Shown one piece after another: positions 11,784 through 25,214 of a DNA stretch of 64,000 bases. Each line of letters opens with the position of its first letter. Position 1 is the first letter of the stretch. Both the position numbers and the translations under genes were made by a program. This stretch comes from Octopus vulgaris (Eukaryota), in NCBI GenBank assembly GCA_951406725.2, contig OX597815.1, positions 213,838,001 to 213,902,000 on the forward strand. The letters run 5' to 3'. Below the pieces are notes generated by a model. That model worked only from the letters and a program-made list of their open reading frames with translations. It was not told the origin of the DNA and made no database searches.

Positions 11784-13166
11784 CAGACATATATAAATAA
11801 AGAAGGAGAGAGAGAGAGAGAGAGAGAGAGGGGGAGAGAATGGGTAAGGAGGTAGAGGGAAGAAGGGGGAGCAAGAGGGAGAGAGAGAGACAGTGGGGGT
11901 TAGCAGGTAATTGTGACTGGTAATTGAGCAAATAGGTTTTGCGAGATGAGTGTGATTAAACCCTGGAATAAATACTTTCTAATTAAATAAATAAATAAAT
12001 GAATAAATAAATAAATAAATAGATAAATAAATAAATAAATAGATAAATAAATAAATAAATGAATAAATAAATAAATAAATGTGTGTTGTCACTTATTCGT
12101 GACATCAAGTTACTCTCATCCAGCTACTTATTACAAGCATGCTAATGAAGGCAGTTTTAGCATAAAGTTCAGTTAATCTGGTTTTGGTATTCGTCTCGCT
12201 GTTGTGAATAAGCGCTTGTGTCGAAATAATTCTGCACACTGCTGTCCACTGAATGGCTAGATCAGGCCAGCAGAGGAAGACCCTCTGTTGACTCGATCAA
12301 ACCTGCTAGAAATAGCAGTAAAATCTCTCTCAATCCACAAGGTGGCGAATTGGCTGAACCTTTATAACGTCGACCAGAATATTTCACGGTTTTTGTTCCG
12401 ACATTCTGTGCACTGAGTTCAAATCTCACCGTGGCCGACTTTGCATTTCGTCCTTTCGGGATGAATAAACTGAAGTACTAGTCCTAGATGGTGGATTCAT
12501 GGAACCACAAGAACGTTGGCGGGGGTGCCTTGCGGTACTTGTTCCAGCTCTTTACGTTCTGAGTTCAAATTCCACCATATAGCCTTTTTTGGATGGGAGA
12601 CTTAAATCGGCATCTTGAATACCTTAAACGGAGTCCACTCTGTTGTATCTTATTCCGGTTAAAGGGTACCTTTCTCCTTTCATACGGAAGGGCACCCTCC
12701 ACACCTACCTCCCACTAATCTTTGAGGACCTAAACGTCAGGGACACTGTCTTTCCTCTTTACTAAAAGATAATAAAAATATGTAAGGACGTTGGGTGATG
12801 ACAATGGCTGGGATTGTCATCATAATTATAAGACTACTGGATCATGATGACACTACTACTGTTGTTTAACCCAAGGCCAATTCCAACCCAAATGACCAAT
12901 AATAAAAGGCGTTCCAGTCATGATTATCACGTTATGTTTTATTCGAGATGTACACTATCCAATATATTATTTCTTTCTTTTAAAAGAAGATAATGTGTGA
13001 TTGGCGAACAGGATTTCCTTGGTGTTTCTAGCAGGATGAACAAACACGTAAAGGATGCTCCTTCTCTCGAATTCCTTCGTGCTCTTGATTAAATACTTTT
13101 GTCGATACCAGAACGGAAAATTGGACTCTAAAAAAAAAATTAGAGTTTATTACTGTTGTTGTTGTT

Positions 13167-13723
13167 GAGTGAGAGAGCAGCGCTTCTCGTCAAAGTGACA
13201 CTGGAGTACAAATATACAAAGCCCAATATATCCTTCATAGCTACTCGTCTGATAAAGATACACCAGGCACATGTATCACAACCTTATGTGCACGATATGG
13301 TGATTACATATCAAGATAAAAAGCGTATGACTTAGTAGGTGGGGCTCAGAATTTTCTTCAGGCTAAGTAGTCCATCTCGCTCAAAAGGTCCCTGAATAAG
13401 GGTTGTTTAAGGATATTGAACGAAACATGTTTCCAGAGGTGAATTATTCAGATCCCAAAGAATTCCTCTTAACACATGATGTTGATGATGCTATGATGCT
13501 TCTCCACTACTTCTGTCCGTGATGAGAGATGCACATATTATCAGACACCAAGGGATATGCTACACTAGTTAAGATCAAACAACTGACAAGCAAATCTGTG
13601 GTATTGAGCAGAATATTTGCTGTAGGCCATTTTTATACCAAGACAAAACAATGTAGTTGATAACACTTCCAATCAGTTAAGATTAGAAGCCATAAGAGTC
13701 AGTGCCTGGTCTTGCATCAGGAC
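13167..13723 (-). mobile_element. Third, full-length copy of element E
   Basis: Same two termini as 5508-6062 in reverse; flanked by TTG/TTA triplet arrays. Confidence 0.85.
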
Positions 13724-13781
13724 ATTATTATTATTTAGCCCATTCCTTCAAAATTTCAGGCCTTGTGCCAATAGTAGAAAG

Positions 13782-13851
<70 letters not shown>

Positions 13852-13865
13852 GTTGTTGTTATTAG

Positions 13866-14272
13866 GGCCGCGAGCTGGCAGAAACGTTAGCACGCCGGGC
13901 GAAATGCGTAACCGTATTTCGTCTGCCGTTACGTTCTGAGTTCAAATTCCGCCGAGGTCGACTTTGCCTTTCATCCTTTCAGGGTCGATTAAATAAGTAC
14001 CAGTTATGCACTGGGGTCGATATAATCGTCTTAATCCGTTTGTCTGTCCTTGTTTGACCTCTCTGTGTTTAGCCCCTTGTGGGTAGTAAAGAAATAGGTA
14101 TTTCGCCCGTCGCTACGTTCTGAGTTCAAATTCCACCGAGGTCAACTTCCATCCTTTTGGGGTCGATAAATTAAGTACCAGTGAAACACTGGAGTGGATG
14201 TAATCGGCTAGTCTCCTCCTCACAAATTTTAGGCCTTGTGTCTTTAGTAGAAAGGATTATTATTATCATTAT
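13866..14272 (+). mobile_element. SINE B dimer (Tx1-like-tail module plus ATT-tail module)
   Basis: Head GAGCTGGCAGAAACGTTAGCACGCCGGG; module junction GTAGTAAAGAAATAG|GTATTTCG at ~14097; ends AGAAAGGATTATTATT. Confidence 0.9.
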
Positions 14273-15089
14273 TACTATTACCGTTTAGTCAATAAGAAAA
14301 AGCGACGTCTATGAACCCCTTCGTGTTGCTTTTTTAGGGCCTCCTCAAACCGGAGACCTATCTCGAATATTTATTACAGAGCGAACTCTGTTAAGGGTAC
14401 CCAAGGATTAAGTAGGAGTGTTAAACCGGGCAACAGGGGGAATGCACTGCAGAAATGACCATACGGTGGTCTGTAATGAAATGAAAAACTGATAAACGTT
14501 TTGAAGTTCTGATCTTCTCATCGGTTGCAAAATACAGATTTTTGGGGTTTATCCTCGGGGACGTATCAGATCTGATGCTTCTCCAGCTTTTGTTTGTCTT
14601 AGCCGTAAGCCTTTTCCTTCGCACTGTCGCTTTCAACACCTTAAATTTGAGGTGTTGAAAATAGAATTCCAAGAAAAAAACCCGTTTGAACCTCTTAAGC
14701 GAATTTATGATAATCGTCGCCCTTCCAGTAAAAGCCGATCAGTAACATCTTTATATCTAAAAGAGTCTGATAAGCAGTTTTTGGTCGTAGTCATGGTAAG
14801 GCAACACATCCACGGCAACCTCGTCTTTTTGTTTCAATTGAAGTCAGATACCAACATTTCGTCTTTTTTTTTATAATACATTTCAAAATGTTCTGTCTTC
14901 AATCAGAGGTGAACCAGAGGATGGACCTGAGGAGCATGTGTCCGTTTCAAGAAAAGAAGTGCGCCTTTCTAACTAATGTTATTAGGCCCTTTTCTTCTGG
15001 AATTCTATTCCCTTCTGACTTTGTACCATCTCTTCCAAAAATTCCTGTCAACATTCTAACAGTTAAACAGATGCTAAGTGACTGCCACC

Positions 15090-15400
15090 CGCTTCTGTTT
15101 TTTATTCATCCGTCACAAATTTTGCTGCAACACAATTCATCAGTGTTATTTTCAAAACCATGTGGCCCGAACTGTTGCAGATGCCTACATTATTTGGAAA
15201 TTTCACGGATCACAGAACACACATTTGTAATGTGATCATTATCTTCAGTGGATGTTCCTCTCGACTAGAAATACTGGCAGTACTGTGGACATTACGTAGA
15301 GATGAAAGAATCCTCTCCATAGACTCGTTGTCACATTAGAATCTTTTCCGATTTGAAACAAATTCACACAAACCTATTGCTCTTTGAAATCCTGTCGCTC
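15090..15400 (-). mobile_element. Highly decayed mariner transposase fragment
   Basis: Minus frames give QRVYGEDS, STEDNDHITNVCSVIRE and VAAKFV, matching the mariner N-terminal half. Confidence 0.55.
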
Positions 15401-15446
15401 ATCTTGCGATGTTGGTCTATTATAAACAACTGTGGTGTCATGTAAG

Positions 15447-15670
15447 CAGGGCCGGAGCTAGGAAGTACAGGGCCCAATCAGAGAATTATCTGAGAGACAC
15501 TCTACTCTACAAAAGCTGGTGCTTGATCTTTTATGTTCCGTGTAGTACGCCAATCACAGCCAAAAGGCGTTGAGGGCTTGATATACTAAAAAGTCATCAT
15601 AGCGCCCTCCGTTCGAACGTGTGCGCGGGCCCCAATTTGAACAAATCTAATTGGTTGAAAACCGGCCCTG
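15447..15670. mobile_element. hAT-like MITE
   Basis: Ends CAGGGCCGG / CCGGCCCTG with subterminal GGGCCC; no clear TSD. Confidence 0.5.
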
Positions 15671-15819
15671 GAGTTGCAAGCACGTTGCGATGGTAAAACG
15701 TTTGGCTTCCTTATGAACAGACTTCGTATACCGTGCTTCTATGTATTTAATATAAGTAAACAAACTGATACATGATAAGAAAGTGTACATAAAATCATGC
15801 CCCATCCCACACACGCACA

Positions 15820-15898
<79 letters not shown>

Positions 15899-16747
15899 AC
15901 ATACACACACACAAATAGTAAATAAAAATATAGAATATGCATGTCTCTTCCATATTTGCTCATTTAGATCTTTCTTCTGAAGAAGGAGTTGGTTTCTAAC
16001 AAAGATAAAAAGTTCCATCTTTGGAATGTAGATAGCGAAAACAATGTCACGTTTTAAACTTGATAAAGCTCTTGTATACTTTTACTGTCCCGCTTACAGA
16101 TTGTCTTTGTAATGTGCGAATCAGTTGATTGATTTGTTTCCCTGAAATTCATGCTTATCCAGCCTGACAGTTAGGCATTTACTTACAAATCCAAGCGCTC
16201 CAATTATTGTATATATGTAATGTATGTATGTATGTATGTATGTATGTATGTATGTATGTATGTATGTATGTATGTATGTATGTATGTATGTTCGCTTCTA
16301 TTTCTAATTATTTGAATGATTTCTGGAAGATTCGTTCGAAGAAATTGCCGGTATCTTTTTGCTGCTGACAAAAAACCCTCCAAAAACTACGCTTGCGCGG
16401 TGGATTTGAAAAAATTAAAATGTACAAGCAAAAGGCACATGTTGGATTGCCCTCGAGTTTATATGTTTAATCATGGCGTACCTGTTGAAGAAGACTTCGC
16501 CTAGCAAATTATTTTCTTTGCTAAAATAAGTCAGAAACCATGGTCCAGGAAATAGATGGTAAATGTTTTAATTTTTCATTCCCTTCGAGAATTTATTCCT
16601 AATTAGTGGTTTGGACTTTAGCTGTTCTTTCTAGTGTAAAGGATTCCCATGATGGAAACCTCTTAATGTGTTTAAATGTACAATATATTTTATATGAATA
16701 AGATATATAGCCTATTGACTAAATTTTTCTATACGCTAGGCCGCTGG

Positions 16748-16782
<35 letters not shown>

Positions 16783-16829
16783 TATATGACGTGCCTGTGA
16801 GTGTGTGTGTATTTCTGTGCATTCATGTA

Positions 16830-16928
<99 letters not shown>

Positions 16929-17244
16929 TTCCCGCTCTCCCTCTCCCTATGTAGCTATATATGTGTGTGGTGAGTGCGTGTTTGTGTGAGCTTGAGTAGG
17001 CGTATGTGTTTGCGTGTGTGTATCTTTGTGTGTATGTTTGTCCCTCTCCTTTTTTTTAACTGCTCTTTGTTTAACGATTCGACAAATAAGTTCCAAATTT
17101 AAAATTAAGGACTGCGATCGATTTATTCCGACAAAACCCGGGAAGACTGTGCTCCAGCATGGCTGCAGTCCACCGACTGAAAACAAACAAAAAAAAATCA
17201 AAAAGAAACAAAACGAGATATATAGAAACAAAAGGAGATATATA

Positions 17245-17988
17245 GGCGTGGCTGTGTAGTAAGAAGGCGAGCTGTCGAAATGCTTAGCGAGCTGGCAGAA
17301 TCGTTAGCACGCCTGGCAAAATGCTTAGCGGTATTTCGTCTGCCGTTACGTTCTGAGTTCAAATTCCGCCGAGGTCGACTTTGCCTTTCATCCTTTCGGG
17401 GTCGATAAATTAAATACCAGTTACGCACTGGGGTCGATGTAATCGACTTAATCCATCTGTCTGTCCTTGTTTGTCTCCTCTGTGTTTAGCCCCTTGTGGG
17501 TAGTAAAGAAATAGGTATTTAGTCTTGCCGTTACGTTGTGAGTTCAAATTCCGCCGAGATCGACTTTACCTTTCATCCTTTCAGGGTCTATTAAATAAGT
17601 ACCAGTTACGCACTGGAGTCAATATAATCGACTTAATACGGTTGTCTGTCCTTGTTTGTCCCCTCTGTGTTTAGCTCCTTGTGGGTAGTAAAGAAATAGG
17701 TATTTCGTCTGCCGCTACGTTCTGAGTTCAAATTCCGCCGAGGTCGACTTTGCCTTTCATCCTTTCGGGGTCGATAAATTAAGTACCAGTTATGTACTGG
17801 GGTCGATATAATCGACTTAATCCCTTTGTTTGTCTCCTCTATGTTTAGCCCCTTGTGGGCAATAAATAAATAAGAAGCCTGCTTTCTGATCACATGGTTC
17901 CTAGTTCAGTCACACTACATGGCATCTTGAGGAAGTTTCTTCTGCTATAGACTCAGGTCGACCAAAGCCTTGTGATTGGATTTGGTAT
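17245..17988 (+). mobile_element. SINE A head interrupted by a SINE B trimer (17267-17870)
   Basis: TSD TAAGAAG at 17260-17266 and 17871-17877; three ~185-bp modules inside. Confidence 0.9.
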
Positions 17989-18448
17989 GTATGTATATAT
18001 ATATATATGTCTGTTTGTCCACTGTTTGTCCGTTTTCGTTTCTGTTGATTTTTATGTCTTTTTGTGGTGTCCTGTACGTATATATATATTTATATATGCA
18101 TGTATATATACATGTAGATGTCGGTACGTACATATATGTTTGTATGTATGCATATATTTTATTTATTACACTATTGTCCGACAGCGCTTCGCGTCGGGTT
18201 CTTTTGCATTTTCGATGTTTCGAATCTTCACTTCGTTCCGTCCCTTTCCTACATGTTTGTTTTATATATATATATATATATATACACACATAAATATTGT
18301 TTTGGCATCTTTTTTGTACACACATAAATATTGTTTTGGCATCTTTTTTGTCTCGGGAGACAATGGAGTTGCGCATAAAGTAGTCTAGTCCGGCTTTTAC
18401 ATTTCATGTCCTGATAAATTTCCTGCTGTGGCTGTGTATATATATATG

Positions 18449-19404
18449 TTAATAAAAGGAATTCCAACCTTGTCTGATTTTCACGTTTTATTTACAATCT
18501 TATAATGATATAATATAATATAATATAATATAATAAAATAAAATAATAGAATGTTAAATGTTCATTCTGATTGAACTAGTACTTTCATGCATTAAATTCT
18601 GCAATCTTCAGGTTCATGTAATGCATGAAAGTACCAGTGCGTCCATGCTGCCAACAAAGCGCGCGGAATTCTGTTTTTTATTCGACGGTCATTCGGAATG
18701 CTCACAGCAGCCATATTCCTGCCACTCTATGTCACGCTGGTGAGACCCATATTGGAGTACGGGATTCAAGCCTCTTCTCCTTATCTCTTCAAAGACATAC
18801 AGCACCTCGAAAGAGTCCAGAGGCTGGCTACCCGCATGGTTCATGGTCTCAAAAATTTGTCCTACGAAGAAAGGCTGAGGACGCTCGACCTTTATTCTCT
18901 TGAAAAACGCCGCCGCCGTGGTGATCTCATTCTCGCCCACAACATCATAAGCGGGAAGTGTAACCTCTCGAAAGAGCTGTTCTTCACTCCTGCTCCAGAG
19001 CGTCGGCTGCGGGGTCATTCCGAAAAGCTCTACCTGCGACGATTTCATCTCAATCGAAGGAGAGGAGCTTTCTCCGTCCGGGTTGCGGATCCGTGGAACA
19101 AGCTGCCAGACGAGATGGTGAAGATGCCGACGACCGCTTTGTTCAAAGCCTCCCTGGACCTCAAGTGGCCTGAACTCTTTAGATGAACACCACCCTGTAC
19201 TTAACTCCATGTCCCCCTACATGGCCTTGCTATTTGCTTTTGAGCCAAATTAACTAACTAACTAACTAACTAACTAGTTCAATCAGAATGAACATTTAAC
19301 ATTCTATTATTTTATTTTATTATATTATATTATATTATATTATATCATTATAAGATTGTAGATAAAACGTGAAAATCAGACAAGGTTGGAATTCCTTTTA
19401 TTAA
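18449..19404. repeat. 132-bp inverted repeat arms (18449-18580 / 19273-19404) enclosing a CR1 fragment
   Basis: Arms are reverse-complementary with one mismatch noticed; both inner ends are ACTAGT. Confidence 0.95.
18634..19272 (+). mobile_element. 5'-truncated CR1-clade LINE (ORF2 C-terminus, 3' UTR, (CTAA)n tail)
   Basis: QCVHAANKARGIL...LYVTLVRPILEYG...LERVQRLATRM...SYEERLRTLDLYSLEKRRRRGDLI...LRGH...FSVRVADPWNKLP; stop at 19186; uninterrupted frame suggests a young copy. Confidence 0.95.
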
Positions 19405-19435
19405 TATATTCTTCTATACACAATCACACACACCC

Positions 19436-19449
<14 letters not shown>

Positions 19450-19473
<24 letters not shown>

Positions 19474-19890
19474 CGGGCTTTCAGTTTCCTTCTACCAAAT
19501 CCACTTACAAGGCTTTGGTCGGCCCGAGGCTATAGTAGCAGACACTTGCCCAAGGTGCCACGCAGTGAGACTGAACTCGGAACAATGTGGTTGGTAAGCA
19601 AGCTACTTACCACACAGCCACTCCTACGCCTATATATATAATGCTGGATAAACATTACAGACAAATATTAGTTTTAAATTTTGACATGAGGCCAGCTAGT
19701 TCGGAGGAGGGTGTAAGTCGACTATATCGATCCCAGTTTTCAACTGGTTCTTATTTTATCGACCTCGAAAGGATGAAAGGCAAAAGTCAATCCCAACAGA
19801 ATTTGAACTCGGAATGTAAAGACGGACGAAATACCACAAAGCATTTTGTCCGGCGTGGCTAACGCTCTTGCCAGCTTGTCGCCTTCTACA
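19450..19890 (-). mobile_element. SINE A head (19450-19630) and SINE B (19668-19890)
   Basis: Family motifs in reverse complement. Confidence 0.8.
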
Positions 19891-20181
19891 GATAAAAACC
19901 ACTTGGTCATTTTGCATATATGTCCATGTGATAACGATTTTGCTGCTATTTCCAGCAGAACGGCTGACCACTTATGGAGGGAGATCTCTTGTTGGCGCGA
20001 CTGTTATAAAGAGGAAGGCGTGAGAAGTTGAATAGAAGAAAAAAAATGGGAGGCTTTCAAAAAGTATTTTATGAATGGATACACAAGAGGGGGGTTGGGT
20101 TAGATATAAAAGAGATTAAGATTGAAGATAATACGATTCTCATCCCTTTCTAACACAAAGAGGAAAAGAAAGGAAAATGCG

Positions 20182-20213
<32 letters not shown>

Positions 20214-20273
20214 AGTCCATAGGTAAAAGCTAAAGAGAAACAAGGGAAGACAGAGAGATAAGTAGTGAAGAAG

Positions 20274-20304
<31 letters not shown>

Positions 20305-20484
20305 AGAGATTGAAAGGAAGAAAACTTAGATGTCCTCGTGCCGTATTTATCTGTCAGCACTCAGTTGACCAGCGACAATCGTTGGCCTCTCACCACCAAA
20401 CACAAAAAGGAAAAGAAAAAGAAAATGGTAAAAAGAGAGAAATAAATAAAAAAGAAGAAAGGAACAACAACAACAACAACAACA

Positions 20485-21205
20485 ACTTACGAAACAATGC
20501 CTTTAGGTCAAACAAACGAATGAGAAGTTGCTTTATTTGCTTATTGTATGGCCCATAAATCCTTCAGTGAAAGTCTTTAAGGGTTGCGAGATGGACTGCT
20601 GCTCTCCGGCCGTCGTTTACACGCTTTGACACGTGTGAAAAAGACGAGGAAGAAGGGGGGCGAAAAGCAAAAGAAAAAAGACAACAGAAAAAAAAGCAGA
20701 ACAACAATAACAATAACAACAAAACTAAGTAAATTTAAATGCTTTTCAACAGCTGTAATCTCCTCTCTTCGGCCAAGCAACTTCGTTTAGTTGTTCGATC
20801 GCTGCTGTCCTTTTAATATGAAAAAAGCAAACGCTCGCGCAAGCAAATGGGAAACGCAGACATCTTCGTTGTTGTTGTTGTTGGTAATGAGAAGTAGGAC
20901 TATTTTCTATGGTTCTTGGCCTCAGTTCCTTCTTCTTGCCCACTGCCCAGGACCCAATGCCCCTCCTCCGTCATTCGGTCAGCTTCTGTCTAAATCGTTT
21001 CCAATTAGCATCGCACATGTAGTTAATTCCTTCTCACTTCTCACGACCGAATCCACCATAACGACGACGACCACCACCACCACCGCTAAAACACGCTCAA
21101 CCAACATTACCCCACCATCATCACCACTACCACCATAACTACTACTACTACTACTACTGCTGCTGCTCCTGCTGCTACTGCTACTTCTTCCTTGATTGGC
21201 TGCTA
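20485..21205 (-). promoter_or_regulatory. Putative promoter and first non-coding exon
   Basis: TE-free, relatively CpG-rich island; minus-strand GTAAGT donor at 20490-20485; AGCCAATCA CCAAT box at ~21193-21201; CACGTG at ~20630. Confidence 0.35.
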
Positions 21206-21315
21206 ATATATGATTTCTTTTGCTGCCATTAGAAATTTCTTCTTCTTCTTCTTCTTCCTCCTCCTCCTCCTCCACGACGAGGACGACGACCACCACCACC
21301 TCCACTATGACAACC

Positions 21316-21360
<45 letters not shown>

Positions 21361-21400
21361 ACTACTACTACTACTACTATCATCCCACCGTTACTACTAC
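21060..21400. repeat. Compound trinucleotide arrays (ACC, CTA, CTG, TTC, TCC)
   Basis: Direct inspection. Confidence 0.9.
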
Positions 21401-23877
21401 TTTCATTTTGTTCTTTGCTTCTGATTATTCTTTCAACCAATATTTCTTCAATTTCTGTTTCAAGTTCCCCCCCCCCCCGCCCCGCTTCATTCTTTTGCAG
21501 CCTTTTTACAAACAACTTCCTCTCCTACACCACTCTCCATCACTCTGTCACTATACACATACGCGCGTGCGCGCAAGCGTATATTTTTCGATCTAAAATC
21601 CGACAGGGGCGCCTTGGCTGTGTGGTAAAAAGTTTGCTTCCAAGTCACATGAGTACCACTGCGCGGAAACTTGGAAAAGTGTCTTCTCCTATTGCTCCAG
21701 GCCCACCAAAGCCAAAGTAGCTTCGGTAGATTTGGTAGACAGCCCCTTCAATATATATATTTATATTGGGTCTCCCTTCAGACGACCTGTGTTCATAACA
21801 CACGCGATTCGTTGATGTAAGTGGACTTTACATAGTGTCTCTTCAGTCAAAGCTACTCCCGGATGAAGGAACCTAGCTGAAGCGTTGCCCTTAGAAACAA
21901 TGCATCAAATTATTTTCTGATGTGTTGATATTAGGTAATTGATCATAATTCAGGAGTTGGTTGCAATCAGGACAGCAAGAGTTCAAATAACAACATTTCT
22001 TTTCATTCTCAATAAAGACTATAGTAGTTTCGACACCTCAGGTGAAATTGCATGCCTTAAGGATGTCAACAGTCATTGGGTAGAGTTATCAAGCGACAGA
22101 TACAGTATAGCAGAGATGGAGTTATAAACGTATATAAGAATATGACTACGTTTCTACTATTGCACTCCAATAAGTTATCCGTCCGTTCCCATCTCAAATT
22201 TAACGTTTATGAATAGCTTCATACAGAATGTACAAAATTATAATTCAATACGCACTCTTCTATTTTCTTTCATGAGAACATATCTGTTAAACCAACACAC
22301 CTTACTATCAGAATTTATCTTCTCAAGACCCGAAACACACATCTCCTAACAGTGAATCAATGTTTGATAAGATAGTACATTACTATATTCTAAACAAGTC
22401 AATGGTAGCCATTTTATTTTTTTACATTATTATCCACAGCTTCAAGTCTATTCTACAACATAATTTCGCTTTCGTCTTCTCGGCATCAGTTCCTCTAATA
22501 TATACTCACAGTAATGCTATTATACACCCTAATTGTCATTATCTTATAATAAAATTTAACATTTATGCATTTGTTTTGTAAGATTCTTGATGTGAAATCG
22601 TGTGTTGAAGCATATATTGTTATACTTGAGGATGGTCTGCCAATTAACAATATGACCATCCTCACACATGACAAAATTTAACATTATTCTTCAGAAAGTT
22701 CTGCCATAGTTAATTAATTTTATCTTACTTAATATGACCTATTCATTGCTCCTGCTCTGTACGTTTTGAGTTCAAAGTCTGCCGAGGTTGATTGTTGCCT
22801 CTTCTTCTTTTGGGGGTTGATAAAATAAAGTACAACTTGCCCCTCTTCTAGAATTATTGGCCTTATGCCAAAATTTGAAACCATTATTCATTACTGATTA
22901 CTTCTTTATCTTCTTTTTTTACTATTACTTATTTTCTCAACCTCCACCTCCTTTATCACAGTTGCTTCTTTTAATTTTCATTTATTTCCCCCTTAAAATC
23001 ATTCCATGCATATTTTCATAGTTCTGAATTCTATAAAAGTTTCATACACGTTTTAATAGCCTAAAAGCTATATCATTTCTTTACTTTTCATACTGGACTC
23101 TTAAATTAATCAACTCTCAGAACTATAATTACTTCTATTTTATAATTACTTCTATTTTATAATTACTTCTATTTAATAATTTAAATTTAGTTTCTCTATA
23201 AATATCAATTTTAGTTTAACAATACCTTTATTTTACTTTATTAATTTTTACGCAGAGAGGGCTATTGTCAACCTATCTCAACGAAAGAAATTTTATAATT
23301 CGATAATCTCATTGCATTTTGTATTCATTACATATCGATATATACTCATTTAATTTGTTTTATATCTTAATTCTTACCTTTAATACACTATAATTCGTAC
23401 GTATACATATATTTATTATGTTTAAAGGACACCTTAAACTCCCTTTGCTATCCATAAATCTCTAAACAGTAGCAAATAGCTTTACATTTATAATTTCCTC
23501 AACTCATTTCTACTATTTTCCTACTGTTTTTCCTTTCCTTTTTTTCCAAGGGTCGTAGCTAAAATTGCAATTATAAATTCCTTTATTTCTTAGAGTTACT
23601 TTCCAATAGTTCACACATACGTCTTTTTCAATCTCATAACAATAGCAGCCGAAGACAAGTAAGTGAAGGCCAAACACAGGTTCTATGAGACATCCTTGGA
23701 GCATGCCATTTTCTTTGCTCAATAAATAAATAAAGAATAGATTTTATTCAACCACTCGTTCAGCTTTATTTCTTTGATATAATTTAGTTACACAAAGGTT
23801 TTGCAGAGAACGATTATGTATATCACTGTTCTCTCATCAGTAATTCATTTTGATATCTATTCTTATATAAAATATAG

Positions 23878-24335
23878 ACATATGGCTGCAGCTGGTTAAG
23901 AAGCTCTCTTTGCGAACACGCGATTTCGGGTTCAGTCCCACTGCACGGCTCCTTGGGCAAGTGTCTTCAACTATAGCTCCGGATCGACCAGTACCTTGTG
24001 ATTGAATATACTTGACGAAAACTGTGTGGAAGCCCGTCGTGTGTGTGTGTGTGTGTGTGTGTGAATTTGTGTTTGACCTTCCCTCTACCACTTGATAAGC
24101 GGTGTTGGTGTGTTTATTTAACTTAACGGTTTGACAAAATGTGTCCGATAGAATGAGCACCAGACTTTAAAAATAAGTACTGGGGTCAATTTTTTCGACT
24201 AAACATATTAAGGCCCCCAGCAGAGCCGAAGTCCATATTAAGGCTGTGACCCCAGCAGAGCCGAAGTCCATATTAAGGCTGTGACCCCAGCAGAGCCGAA
24301 GTCCAAAGTCCAAAAACTGAATTTAGTAAAAAGAT
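23878..24335 (+). mobile_element. SINE A with a 35-bp unit repeated about three times near its 3' end
   Basis: CCCAGCAGAGCCGAAGTCCATATTAAGGCTGTGAC repeats at ~24205-24305. Confidence 0.8.
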
Positions 24336-25181
24336 AAAACAAGAAGATATTTGTCATTTTTTATCAGAACTTAATACATGCACACACACACACTCACATA
24401 CAAACATACACACTTACAGATATACGCACATACACACAAACGCACACACACATACACACACATAAACGCACACACACCTACACACACACTTACACACACA
24501 AATACACACACCTATACAAACACACACACACACACACACTTACACACAGACATACACACACAAACGCACACACCTACACAACCACACACACATACACACA
24601 CACTTACACATACCCAGATACACACACACACACAAACGGACACACTTACACACCTGCACAAACACACACATATACACAGACAAGAGAAGGAACTCCCGCA
24701 TACTATTGAGTCCTTTCGGTTATGGACAAAAAATATGGTAAACTTGAATCCAGTTGGTGGTTCTTCTGCTCCCTCGAGGGACTCACGTCGAACAAAATGC
24801 CTTGTGGTATTTGTAGCTCTTTACCTTCTCATTTTAAATTTCCTTCTCCCACCCTTCCAAAACCTTGCCTTCCATCACCTCGAGGTCGATAACATAAAGC
24901 ACCAATCAGGTTGCAAGATCGATATAATCGGGCACCTTTCCCGAATTTGAAGTGTTGTGTCTCTGTGAGACACACACACACACTCACACACACACACACA
25001 CACAGACGTACACACACAGGGTCTCATACAAACACACACACACACGTTCATAAAGTTTTCATCATTTCCTTTCTTCCTGTCAGTTTTATGGGGGTTTTTT
25101 TCTCCTTTAGCTCCATTTATTTCTCTTTCCTTTCTCTCGTTCAATTGTCATTATCCTACCTCCTCCTACTCTTCCTTTTCA

Positions 25182-25214
<33 letters not shown>

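Noticed and set aside
16300-16510. Possible Tc1/mariner N-terminal relic
   Set aside because: Only vague motifs; too decayed to support.
17330-17870. Retrozyme or CRISPR interpretation of the tandem ~185-bp modules
   Set aside because: No hammerhead core seen on either strand and no repeat-spacer structure; these are SINE modules.
20979-21720. Long low-complexity ORFs as real proteins
   Set aside because: Open in several frames because of trinucleotide arrays.
21800-21910. CTGAAGA/CTGAAGC..GAAAC hammerhead candidates
   Set aside because: Stems do not close properly.
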